A stretch of 64,000 bases of DNA, from positions 1,488,001-1,552,000 of the forward strand of contig JAUPSS010000005.1 in assembly GCA_040285825.1 (NCBI GenBank), written 5' to 3'. Every line of letters starts with the position of its first letter. Within the stretch, counting starts at the first letter, position 1. Below, piece by piece: positions 1 through 11,053 of this stretch. Source of the stretch: Eukaryota sp. TZLM1-RC (Eukaryota; Protista; Metamonada: BaSk clade). The notes beneath the pieces were generated by a model. That model saw only the letters and a program-made list of their open reading frames with translations. It did no database searches and was not told the DNA's origin. Made by a program: the position numbers and the translations under genes.

Positions 1-1072
1 ACGCCCAAAGGGTGAGTGAGCAAAGCCGCATGAATGCAAGAGACGAGGGTATGGTGATTGAGTACAACTTTAAAGTATGCACAGTACGAACAGCATCATG
101 ATGCAACAATGAGGATGAAAAAGGACAAATGTCCAGATGAAGTGTTGTAATCTTCTTTTCTTTGGGAGAGAGATCAATGGATGTGATGTTTGGACAGTCT
201 ATTATTTTAAGGGTCTGTAACTTGGATGTAGTAGAAAGGTCAATATGTGTAAGTGATTCAAGATCAAGAACTTCAAGACTTACTAAACGTTTATTGGTTC
301 GTAGAGAAAGGAAACTGACATCAGTGGTATTGATAACTAACGATTCAAGAGAGATAAATTCAGATAGCTCATCCAAAACACTAGTGAAATGTACTTCTAG
401 GTGCTTGAGATTTTGAAATATAGAAAGAGAACTGCATTTGAACACAGATAAATTGGAGACGGAGAGACTTGAGAGAGAGGACAAAGAACCAACTGAATCA
501 CTAACATAGAGAGAATCTGTGGCCGTGTCAGAAGGAGAAGAAACCAAAGAGAGTTTACGTAAGGAAGAAGGAATGTGATTCAAAGTACACTGATTAAAAT
601 TCGTGAGACAAAGACTAACGAGATTAGGGAAGGGAAAGAGCACAGAGGACGTAATGTGGAGGGTGGAGGCGTGTTCAATGGATAACTGACGTGTAAATCG
701 TCCATAGATTAATGGGTCAATGGAACTAAGTGTTGCAGAGGGAACAGATAGAGAGAAAGTAGTAGAAGGATAAAGACAACGAGAAAGTTTCTTGAGCAGT
801 TGGTAGGACTTTACATAATGAATGTTGAAAGAAGATCTGGTTAAAGCCTTGAGAGCACATCGTTTGAAGCATCGGCTGACTTTAGTCATGTTGAGAAAAC
901 GTTGAAGAACATCATCTTGGAGAATAAATTGGTTGCCAGGCCGCCATGTAGACATAAGAAGTATGCCCCAATATGCTGACAGTACTTCAGTGCAAAGTTG
1001 ACTGTATAAGCGTATAGAGCGAGCAAAGCGGCACCGTTTAGTTCTGTCGTTGTGTGAATAACGACGATACAT
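1..1072 (-). CDS. F-box-like/leucine-rich-repeat protein, runs off the left edge of the window
   Basis: Open frame from ATG at 1072 (MYRRYSHNDR...LCTEVLSAYW...FLNMTKVSRCF) to the edge, with LRR-like units (FPNLVSLCL, SLRKLSL, FQNLKHLEV, SKLQTLKI). Not in the ORF track because it has no stop in the window. Confidence 0.7.
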   Translation of the reverse strand, partial: MYRRYSHNDRTKRCRFARSIRLYSQLCTEVLSAYWGILLMSTWRPGNQFILQDDVLQRFLNMTKVSRCFKRCALKALTRSSFNIHYVKSYQLLKKLSRCLYPSTTFSLSVPSATLSSIDPLIYGRFTRQLSIEHASTLHITSSVLFPFPNLVSLCLTNFNQCTLNHIPSSLRKLSLVSSPSDTATDSLYVSDSVGSLSSLSSLSVSNLSVFKCSSLSIFQNLKHLEVHFTSVLDELSEFISLESLVINTTDVSFLSLRTNKRLVSLEVLDLESLTHIDLSTTSKLQTLKIIDCPNITSIDLSPKEKKITTLHLDICPFSSSLLHHDAVRTVHTLKLYSITIPSSLAFMRLCSLTLWA

Positions 1073-1122
1073 GGATCATTCTTCTTGTTCACAATATGAG
1101 AATTATAAGCAATATATTATCA

Positions 1123-1284
1123 GTTTTGATAGCTTCACTGGTGATTGACTTCATCAGAGCCAGTGAATTTCAATAAATATTCTTTATCTTTACTATTGTT
1201 GACACTAAGCTTACAGCTTCAATTTGGTAAAATACATGGAAAAATACAAAAATGCTACAGATTTCCTGTAGTAAAAAGCTGCAT
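1123..1284 (-). ncRNA. Candidate omegaRNA scaffold / right end of Fanzor copy A
   Basis: Non-coding 3' region conserved with 18094-18275; terminal hairpin TTCACTGG...CCAGTGAA (1134-1167). Confidence 0.5.
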
Positions 1285-3392
1285 TTAAGACAAATATGCA
1301 GGCCTATCACCAACATTATCCTCTACAAAATAATCTACAATTGCCTTGATGTTGATATTTACTAACTTGTTACGATTTGTACCTTATCCTTTACATCACA
1401 TTCTTCTCTACAAATTTCAGATCGACATCTCAATTGCACAGCAGGATATTTCTCTCTCATTCATGGCCTAGTATTCTCAAAATCATGAAATACATTTACT
1501 GGTTTATAACAAAAAAAATTCTCCATCGAACTCCTCTACTTCATCGATGATTCTTTAAATTCTTTCTCTTTTTGCCATTGTCACCAAACATTAGGATATT
1601 GTCTTCTTGCTTCCATTGCTTTTCAGCCATTTTTCAGCCATTTTTTAATAACTTAGTCTCTATATTCTGATGATCTACATATTTTTGCATTTTTTGAATG
1701 TGCCATATTATTAAACAGTAGTAATCAAATGTAGGTGTCGTGTTTGTCAGCTTGGAATCTACAAAAATATAGAATTTATTATAAATGGAAGATTTTGATT
1801 ATTCTTTTGATAAATAGCTTCTATTTGTTCCACTGTGATTCCATTTTGTATGAAATATTTTCTTTTTTTCAATTTTCTGAATTTTTGGTGAACTCTCGAC
1901 ACTCTTGACCACTTCAATTCTGTCAATCTCAGCCATTTATATTGTTTATCTCTTTTTAGTTGGTCTTTTGCATTAAGTTTGAAACTTTTTTGACTACAAC
2001 AATACAGTAAATCACTTTTACCAGGGTCAATATGTACTTTATGTTTTGATGATGGAAATTCAACATCAAAATCATCCAAATAGTACTCAGTGGTTGCAAA
2101 CTTGGTACTATCAGGCTTGAATGACATGCCAAACCAATCCTCTCTTTCTAGCTCAATACAGGCTGCAAAACCACCAGTTTTTATGTTGTTCTCAAGTTTG
2201 TAACCTTTTTTAGTAAATGGGCTGAAAAATTCAAAAAAAATATGACCTAAAAAATAAATAAATTTTGCTCTTCTGGACTCATTTGATGAATGTCACCTAT
2301 TGAATTCCACTCTGAATAATTTTATTGTCATTAATTTCACCATTTGAAAAAACTGAACGCCAAATACAACATAGTCCTTGGCTATCAACTTCGAAAAATC
2401 CAGGAGTTTCATGACGTACGATTGGAATAGCATTAAATGTTGTTCCCTTTGCTTCTTCTATAAAATTATTAATTTTGATAGCTGATTTGATGAAAGATTG
2501 GGCATGATTTTGCACAGTGAAAAGTAAAGCTTTAAATTCATTAGCATGTTGCTCATTTTTTGAATGTTTTACTACAATAGACTCAGGAAAAAACAACAGC
2601 ACCCAATTCTCATGTGTCAATAATTTACAAATTATCGAATGAGTGCTGTCTAAAATAACAGTTTTTGCTGATTGAAAATTTTCATTGTCTTCGTTCAAGA
2701 TTTCATCATCAGAAGGTTTATAAAATTACCAATTAGATCATCAGTAGTCGAAAAACTGTTACGATTCGTTTAAAAAAATAGATTTTCGACTTGACGTAAC
2801 CTCCAACGAAAAACAGACTTTTCTTTTGCTCATATTTCAACTTCTATTGTCTAAAGATGTAGATTAATAAATTTTTCAATATATTGAGTATACCTCATTT
2901 GAATATTGACTTCTAAATTTGTTTTAATGATTTTTGCTATGTAAGTTCTCAATCTAGTACAATGATTAATGATAAAAAGCGGTATGCCACCATTATTTTC
3001 TATTAACTGTTTATTATTGTTTTCAATGAATTTTTTTAGGTCCTCATTAATTGAAGCAGGTTTACCCCGTTCATTGAGTTCATAATTGTGTTGAATGGCA
3101 AAATTTTTGCTAAGCAACATTTGAACGTGTTGTACTTCTTTTCCAGGTATAAGAGGAAAATCTTGGCCATTTTCAGTTAAATGTAGAAGAAATACTTTGA
3201 GACAGTATGCCCTGTTTATCTGCAATCTGTGAACCAATTGAGCATAACAAACTGCTGAATTACTACAGTGCCATTTTGATCACCTCAATCTTATATTACA
3301 CAATGAAAAGAAGTATGCATTCAAGAACTGAACGAGGATAGTGTGTTTGAACGTTTGATTTTCTGTGCTAAGGAATACTTTGGGATGTCATT
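1285..3392 (-). pseudogene. Fanzor1-type nuclease pseudogene (copy A)
   Basis: Fragments 2851-3237 (YIAKIIKTNLEVNIQMRYTQYIEKFIN), 2297-2698 (FNAIPIVRHETPGFFEVD) and 1759-2127 (RuvC-I HIDPGKSDLLYC), then a C-terminus ending RPAYLS*. The RuvC-II segment is deleted relative to copy B. Start coordinate approximate. Confidence 0.8.
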
Positions 3393-3762
3393 TAATGATC
3401 TTTGATCGGCAATTATCAGATTCAACATGATATTTAGATTTTTTCCTCAAGTTGAATCTGACTTATTCCTTTTTGATAACGATTTTGTAAATTTGCTCAA
3501 GAAAATGATTGATGATATATTGAAGTGAAACACAAATAAAACATTGTTCTTTGCCTAATTGATTCGTAAAGTTAAATCCACTGCTGTTCAATCAATTTAC
3601 AGCATTTTGTGATGTTTGCCACCTGATACAAGTTTGTGATAGTAAGAACAACGATCAACAATGCAGAATCTACAATAAAATTGATTTATAACAAATTAGA
3701 TAGAATAAAATAAACAATTTGTCCTCATCACTCACAAGTCATTCTCAACTTACCATCAATCA

Positions 3763-3836
3763 ATGTCTTGTTCAGAACTGTGGAACTTGGTGAAAGAAAA
3801 CCCCTCAGAACTTGCTAGTTGGGAACGTCTTGTTGT
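3763..3836 (+). pseudogene. Duplicated 5' fragment of PRP39 (first 74 nt of the CDS)
   Basis: Identical to the reverse complement of 14537-14610 (MSCSELWNLVKENPSELASWERLV). Confidence 0.9.
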
Positions 3837-3916
3837 CTTGATTTGTTTTGTTTTGTTTTTAGTAGAAAATACTAAATTTATAACGATTTTAATAGCATAA
3901 AATAAATAAAAAAATG

Positions 3917-6019
3917 TTATGTTCTAAAAAACGTCCTTAAAGAATCAGATTCCACAAACTCAGCCCACCATGGGAAACAATTCAATTCCAACAAAACTCT
4001 ATTTTTAACAACGTTAACGGACCTAAGCCGTCCATCAATGACGTAATCATAAGGAGAAAAAGGTGAATCAAATACATCAAGGAAAGGTGCCGTGAACGAG
4101 ATAATTTTCAAAAAAGGAAAGGAATTTTGAGAAATATTCTTTGGAATTTCATTTGTAATTACCAATTCTTCGAGACTGGTCATCTCTAGCCAATTAATAT
4201 GATATTCATAACATTCCAAGCTCATTTTCTTTATATTACTGGGAAGTTTAATATTGCGTTTCATTACTAATGGAGCAAAATCAGCACTAGTAATTACCAA
4301 TTCCTTCAGGAACACCAAATATGAAAGATCGTCAGCATACGCATTGACCATTTTACCTATAACAATTTTCTGAACAGACGTTGGAAACCTCGGGAACTGT
4401 TCGAGGTAACAATCAATTGTAACGTACTGCAAATTGTTCAAGCAACTCCAATCTAGGCGCTCAAAATAGATAATGTCTTCAACTGAGCTACTGATACAAA
4501 GACTCTTGATATTTGGAAAACTAGACACTAAAAAAGAGTCAACGTCAAAAGTTTGATGGCTAAATAAAACAAATGAAAGATTAGTGGCTTTTGAGGAAAA
4601 AGAAAATTGCTTCCAATCAAAATGACCATCAATATTTATCACCGCCTGGTCGACGTTAACAACAGATGCCAGCTCATCATGACATGAAGTGGATAAGAAT
4701 CTAGTTGCTGAAAAACCCTCAGAAACCCTTCGTGCCAATGAGACTAATTGTTTGGAAGCACCAATTTTAGAAAAAAATCTGCATAGAACGTAAAAATGGC
4801 TATTAAATAATTCATTCAAGAAGTTTAAATACTTGGAAATAATATATTCAACTAAACACAGTGGAATTGAGGGAAAAGACCTCAAAATGCCACTAATTCC
4901 ATTTATCTCGGATCCGAACAACTGAATTGGACTAAAATGGTCTTTGAAATCATTGCAACTCAATTGACCAAAAGTGTTTCTCCCCAGTCCCCAGATTATT
5001 CCACTCTGCTTTAAAAAGATACATTCTTCTCCCGCAAATAGAGTGTCCGGGTGACCCACAGAATCAAGAGGTATAAATTCGACTTCTTCTCCTTTATCTT
5101 CATCTTTGGTTTGAGATAAAAGAGAGTCATGACCATTTAAAACAACAACAGATCCATCAAATTTGATGGCCAAAATGATTGAAATTCCAACAACAATATT
5201 CTTTACACCTGAAACCTTATCGAGCATTGTTGGCTGCTCCCATTCATCATAGTTAAGCTCAGCTGTTTCCCAAATGTTACCCTTGTTATCAAGCAAAAAG
5301 AATTGTTGTTCTTCGTCAATGACAACAAAGCAACATGACACTAATGAGGAGGGGATTTGATCGAGATGAGATACCTCAATTATGTAAAAAGTATCGATAA
5401 AGGAACCAAAATGAACTTTACCAGACTTGGTCAGGGTTATAAAACAGTCATCTTCGTTGTGAAAATGAATGACCTCCTCCAATGATGTCAGAAACGCTAC
5501 TGTCTCCTGGCCTCGCCAATATCCTACCTTACCATCTAGTGTTAGAACAAATGAGTAAAATAAGCCACCGTGCACAGTGTCAACATTAGGTAAAGAGAAA
5601 GATCGACTGCCAATAAGAGGACAAAGGCTTTTTTCAGGTGAAACGTTTCCCCACATGAAGATTTGGTCATCATAGGAGCAAGCATGAGAGCACTGATAGC
5701 CAGCAGACACTGATTTAATGTTGGTTAAGGGAAGTTTGACGGGTATGGGGATAAGAATGGACTCTTGCACAAGTGGCCCATTTAATTGTGGGAGAACTTG
5801 TCCATGGTCATTACATCCCCATCCATACACCATTCCTGTGTGGGTAAGCAGGAGTGTATGTGAAGGAGTGATCCCGTACTTGTAGGCAGTTATAACCTTT
5901 ACCCCTTGTGCAGTGGAAGAGTCTTCTGTATAAAGTTGGTTGTTCAGGCTCATTGACTGAGTAATGTGTGTTCGTTTAACAATATTGTTGATTGGACAGC
6001 GTCGATGCATTATTATCAT
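3917..6019 (-). CDS. RCC1-repeat protein with C-terminal LRR-like region
   Basis: RCC1 motifs (HTLLLTHTGMVYGWGCNDHGQ, SVSAGYQCS, WGLGRNTFGQL) followed by LRR-like units (FPNIKSLCI, LNNLQYVTI, SLEELVI). The true start may be the downstream Met (MSLNNQ). Confidence 0.8.
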   Translation of the reverse strand: MIIMHRRCPINNIVKRTHITQSMSLNNQLYTEDSSTAQGVKVITAYKYGITPSHTLLLTHTGMVYGWGCNDHGQVLPQLNGPLVQESILIPIPVKLPLTNIKSVSAGYQCSHACSYDDQIFMWGNVSPEKSLCPLIGSRSFSLPNVDTVHGGLFYSFVLTLDGKVGYWRGQETVAFLTSLEEVIHFHNEDDCFITLTKSGKVHFGSFIDTFYIIEVSHLDQIPSSLVSCCFVVIDEEQQFFLLDNKGNIWETAELNYDEWEQPTMLDKVSGVKNIVVGISIILAIKFDGSVVVLNGHDSLLSQTKDEDKGEEVEFIPLDSVGHPDTLFAGEECIFLKQSGIIWGLGRNTFGQLSCNDFKDHFSPIQLFGSEINGISGILRSFPSIPLCLVEYIISKYLNFLNELFNSHFYVLCRFFSKIGASKQLVSLARRVSEGFSATRFLSTSCHDELASVVNVDQAVINIDGHFDWKQFSFSSKATNLSFVLFSHQTFDVDSFLVSSFPNIKSLCISSSVEDIIYFERLDWSCLNNLQYVTIDCYLEQFPRFPTSVQKIVIGKMVNAYADDLSYLVFLKELVITSADFAPLVMKRNIKLPSNIKKMSLECYEYHINWLEMTSLEELVITNEIPKNISQNSFPFLKIISFTAPFLDVFDSPFSPYDYVIDGRLRSVNVVKNRVLLELNCFPWWAEFVESDSLRTFFRT

Positions 6020-6519
6020 TTTGATTGGACAAATTGATAAAATCAGACCATGATTTCCAGCATTTCTTTAAGATGTTAATGACATCTATGATGGTTCATG
6101 TACCTTATCAGGTTTAGAAGGTAAAATTGTTTCCCTATTTGAAAAATGTTATTGATAACGACAAAATTTACACTGGTTGATCAAATAATTCTCAACTCTC
6201 TTCTCACAATTTTTCAGTTGCGTCAATGAATTAATTTGTCTTCGTCTTCAATAAAAGAGGAACACCAGTGAAATTCTGAACATATAATGTTGGAGAGATA
6301 ACAACTTTGCTTACCTTGCTCTTTTAAGAAAGCTATAATATTAAAGGAAAAACCAGGGGCAATTTGAAATATCAAGAAATAATCGATTTTTAAGAACAAT
6401 TGAGCAGCTGTGGAATGATGAGGAAAAAATTTCGAAAACAATTGATGGTATACTAACGTAACAACGATGTTTGTCATCAGTGTTTGCAAATTCAACCACG
6501 GGTGCCACTTAATGCATGT

Positions 6520-7250
6520 GGTGCATCAAAACTCTTATTCATTCTTCTTTTTACTAGATTTTCAAAATCAACAGTAAAATTTATGGAAGCTTCTTGAGAA
6601 CGTCCATACAAAAATACAGCGAATGTTCAAATATAATAATCCCCGTTGGGAACATGTTTCAATTTTTTCAAAGGATGCGTAAATTAAATTTACCAAATTT
6701 CTTCCGTTTGTACAACTGCGAATCTTCAAGGTGGGATTTTTGAAATTATGCATTATTTTTGCAAACATTTATTGTCACAACATCAACAACATTCAAGACA
6801 CCATCAAATGAGGGCAGAACAACATTGGCAAGCCGTGTTCCATATTTTGAATTTCTTACTTTTTCATTTATACTAAGAGACCTCAACAATGGTTCTAACA
6901 ATGATTCAATATGATAGGAATTACACATTGCATGGATTTGATCTCTGACAGTATCATAGCCAGTTGGACGATAGGTAGTAAAGCTGTTGCAATTAAATAA
7001 CTGTGATACCAGCTCTACATTTGCAAAACAGATCATTGAACAAATTACAGGGCCATAAATAACATCGCATTCGCATAGAAGTTGTACATTGGTCATCATT
7101 TAAAAATGACCCATAAATTTGGGGAATTTGGTTCAACAAAACTGTAGATGAACTCTTCTTTAAATTAATCAAAAAAATTTCAGAGGCAGGATTTTCTTGC
7201 TTAGCCGTTAGCCGTGCCACGTCGAACAATGAAATTTTTACTTTCAAATT
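6520..7250 (-). mobile_element. Truncated, frameshifted RLE-type non-LTR retrotransposon fragment
   Basis: TTSMRMRCYLWP, YDTVRDQIHAMC, GVLNVVDVVTINVCK; homologous to 16483-17493. Confidence 0.8.
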
Positions 7251-7259
7251 TTTTCAAAG

Positions 7260-8160
7260 CTAAGAAGAACTCAAAACATACAGTAGAACCAAAGAATTAT
7301 TTGTTTTCATGAAATGACTACTATATCAACATTCGTGGTTCAGGAGAAGACGCTAGCAACCAAACTATAACTGAAAAAATCCATTAAAATGACCAATCAC
7401 TTAAAGTTATGTGGTTTTCCTTCTGATGGAACACTTGGATTTGATGATTGGAGAGATGATAATTTCAAAATCAAAAGTTGGTTGCCTACTGTTGAAGGAA
7501 AATCAATAAGGCAACTGTTAAAGAAAGAAACGCGATTATTTCAGATTATTAGTTGAGGATTAATTATTATTATTTATTTTTTTGAGCACGTTACACTTGC
7601 TCTATTTGTGTCTTGAATGATCATAAAGAATTCCTACATTACTACAAGGCAAAAAACAACTATTCTCTCAATGAAGGAGCTTTTTGCTTTTATAAAGAAT
7701 TGAGAGTCATGAAGTTGCAAAGATTCATGGACGGGTTTGAAGCAAAATAGATGAATGAAATGAATAATAAGTTTGGATGTCCAAAAAATAATATTGTAGG
7801 GAAGGGTGATTGGAAGCAAATCAATTTTAAACATCAAACACCTACAAAGATTGTTGGATATCGAAAGATGTTTAAAAAACGTAACTTCCGTCTATTGCTC
7901 CTGGATGAATATAAAACAAGTTGTCGATGTCATGGATGTGTACTTGAGAGAAAAGAAGGCGAAATTGTAAAGAAACAACGAGTACCTAACCCAAGACCTT
8001 ACAGGATAGCAAAGACTCCAACGGTCCTTGGACATAAATTACTCACTTGCACGAAGTGTGGATGTCTATGGAATCGTAATGTCAATGCTGTTCCTAATAT
8101 GATTCATGTTGGGAATGAAATGTTAAAGGAATTGAAAGACCTCAAGTTTGGATAATATCA
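7260..8160 (+). pseudogene. Fanzor1 C-terminal fragments (locus C; apparently two tandem pieces)
   Basis: 7751-8155 reads GDW...PT...GYRKMF...LLDEYKTSCRCHGC...NPRPY...HKLLTCTKC...LWNRNVNA (RuvC-III D>N) and, after a frameshift, GIERP. 7420-7555 reads GFDDW...SWLPTVEGKSIRQLLRK, a second RuvC-II-proximal piece. Confidence 0.8.
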
Positions 8161-8746
8161 TTTTTATTCATTTCATCTTCATCTTCCAGTAATCTCCACA
8201 GGTTACTACTATTTGACAGTTTTGTGATATCAGACGATGTCTGGACTTAATCTTAGAGGCGTTCGTTTTCTATCTATAATAGGGCATTTTACCTATATTT
8301 TCTTTCTCTATTCATCACGACCCGATGTTCTCAAGGCATCATTACGTCCTTCTTTCAGTGAACGCCAGTACAGTTCTACATCCTTTTCTTTTTCCTCTGT
8401 CCAGTTTCTGTCATTACTAATCCTCCTCATTGAATCTGCTTTGTTCGTTAGTGGCTTTTCCTTCCTTTCTTTAAACTCTTGCTTCATATGTATGTAATCA
8501 CTCTCCATCTAACACCAGCCTTTCTACTTCACTCAAGTGCAATACTGACGTTGTTCCTCTATGGACCTCGCGTGAGGGTATCACTACTCTGGAAGTTATG
8601 GTGGTTTACATTGTTATTACCTGTTGTACATGATGGTTGTCTTATTGGTTTGCAAATTGTGAAGTACAAATTGAAAAAATCCAAACAAACTAAGGACAAG
8701 TGATTTATAATATTGTTTTTGAATTTATCATGGTTATTATTTTTAA

Positions 8747-9430
8747 TTAATTGAATTTTACATCCTGTTTGATTAACTTATTGAATTCTCTAATTGCTGG
8801 TCTACTTGAATAAAACAATGGGAAAAACAATAAATTCATAATTAAAGGAAAAATTAAAACAAAAAAGCGACCGACCCACTTTAATCCTCCAGCTAATGGA
8901 AAAATTAATAAATATGAATATTTATCAATTAATAATAGTTTTTCTGGAGAATTTGCAATAATCAATAAAATAAATAGCAATAACAAAGATGATAATGTTG
9001 GTAAAACAAGTTTTTTCTTAAAATAAAATCTACTACTTAAGTAGAAAACAATTGGAGATATAAAAAAATTAGCCAAACTCGAGAAAACTATAAATGACTC
9101 AGGAATTGACCTAAAAAGAACTGAAACCACAAGTGGTGTATAGAGAAGGCAGGGCACATGAGAGTGGAGAAAATGAGGAAGTGTCTCTTTGTGAGAAACC
9201 TTGCTTTGGTGGATTCTTTTGGAGATGGTGAAGAAGAGAAGATAGCGAAACAAGATGAAGATGGAGAGAGTTGAGAGAAGATTTGATGGAGTTGATAAGG
9301 TGGGAAAGAGTTTCGTGTCAGCAGAAATGACAGAAGCCCAGAAGAAGTAAAATGGATGTGAATATGTGAATAGAAGAGAGCAGCATAGTAGAGGCAGCCT
9401 TAAGAACTGCAAGAATAGACGTTTCAACAT
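8747..9430 (-). CDS. Multi-pass membrane protein, unknown function
   Basis: 227-aa ATG-initiated ORF with several hydrophobic segments. Confidence 0.55.
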   Translation of the reverse strand: MLKRLFLQFLRLPLLCCSLLFTYSHPFYFFWASVISADTKLFPTLSTPSNLLSTLSIFILFRYLLFFTISKRIHQSKVSHKETLPHFLHSHVPCLLYTPLVVSVLFRSIPESFIVFSSLANFFISPIVFYLSSRFYFKKKLVLPTLSSLLLLFILLIIANSPEKLLLIDKYSYLLIFPLAGGLKWVGRFFVLIFPLIMNLLFFPLFYSSRPAIREFNKLIKQDVKFN

Positions 9431-9998
9431 TCAATTGGGCAAATTGAAAGATTCAAATAAATTCCAACAATGAAACGAAACCTAAACCAAGAGTTTAAGA
9501 TGTATCGCACAACATTTTTTTAAATCAACTGCATTCAGAATGAATATTTTGTCCAGTGACACGTAAGTTTACGGTTATCCTCAGAATTTTGAAGTAATTG
9601 CAAATGTTTCGATACCTAAAACTAATGTGTTTGAAAAAGCCACATCATCGTCTTGTTAGAACATATGAAAGCTTGGATTAAGAAGTAATACTTCGGGCGT
9701 TTTTGTGGTAGTTGTACCCAAACACTGTGCTTAATCCCTTGCTATATAAATGTTGAAAACCGTTTTTGACTAAACAACTCTTGAAACATCAACATATTTT
9801 ATCATTTAGGAGTGAAACAGTTAATGATGTCAGAGACCAAATCATTCAAAATACATTTCACCTTAGAACCGTTGTTATCGAAGCTAAATCTGGTAGGGTA
9901 CAACAATGATAGTTTGCCCAAAATTACAGATCAAGAGTTGCTGATTTTTGTTCCAGAAGTTCTATTTCTATTTCCTAAAAATGAATTGGTAAAACAAA

Positions 9999-11022
9999 GG
10001 GGATTTTCAAAAATGCTCACGTTTTCACTTTGGAGTTTCAAAAATGCTCACGTTTCGGGCTACCTTTGCTTATATTCCATCAGCCATTCTCCTGACACTG
10101 CTACTTTCAGTTGAGGTTATACTAACATTAACATCACCTATACGAAGTGTTTATATCACTTTAGAGCTGATAAAGACCATTTGTCATCAAAGTGTTTATT
10201 TTTAATACTAGTCTATGCTACATCGTCATTCAGCAAGTCGAAATGATTTTCCATGTCTGAGTCTGGATGACCATCGTCCACGTCGATAAGTTCTGAGACA
10301 TTGTCTTGTTGGAACAAGGACAACCAATCATCTTGTACCAGTGCAACTCTTTGTCTCTTTCTTTGTTGAGAAAAGGCATCAATTTGCTTCTTGCGTGGTC
10401 GTCCACCCACTTTGGGCACACTAGGAGGATCCACCATTTGAAATTTAGACTTGAACTCCCATTCACTTCGATCAGGAACCCTCCCATTGTTCCAGGATCC
10501 CATTGTTCCTGATCAGGAACAATGGGAATACTTGTTTCGTAAGACTTTTTTTAATACTCTAAACTATGAATTTTAGCTATACCATCAAATGGCACAACTT
10601 GCTTCTTTAAGTAAACAGCCAAACTGTGAGTACATGGGTATCCATCATTTTGCCACCCATTACAACTACATTTTTTGTTGATAAAGTCTACGGTAAAAGT
10701 ACTGTTTCTTAAACCAACAACTTCATATAAACCATCATTGCTGTCATTTGTTTTGGTCCAGTGTTGTCGACCATTGTTTTAGCACCATGACGTAAGTTGC
10801 ACGTACTAACAGCAAGTTTAAGCTCATCTTTAGAGTCAAACACAGTTCCAGGTTTCAATGCATCGTTAGACTCATGACGAAGGCGCATCAGCTCTTCTAA
10901 GGCTTTGTTCTCGGCCATAGTGTTCAGATTGGAGGACAGAAGGGGAAATTAGACTCAATTGAAAAACGTGAGCAGATTTGAAAGAAGGGGGGTCCAAACG
11001 TGAGCATTTTTGTAATTAACTC
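9999..11022 (-). mobile_element. Non-autonomous Mutator-like element (MULE), internally deleted
   Basis: 10-bp TSD GTAAAACAAA (9989-9998 and 11023-11032); TIR core CAAAAATGCTCACGTTT; MuDR N-terminal motif GTVFDSKDELKLAV; SWIM finger CSCNGWQNDGYPCTH; PP..GRPRKK tail; no DDE core. Confidence 0.9.
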
Positions 11023-11053
11023 GTAAAACAAATTATTACATTCATATATTCAA

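Noticed and set aside
8308-8703. Small ORFs between Fanzor C and the membrane protein gene
   Set aside because: Short, mutually overlapping, with no recognisable motif.
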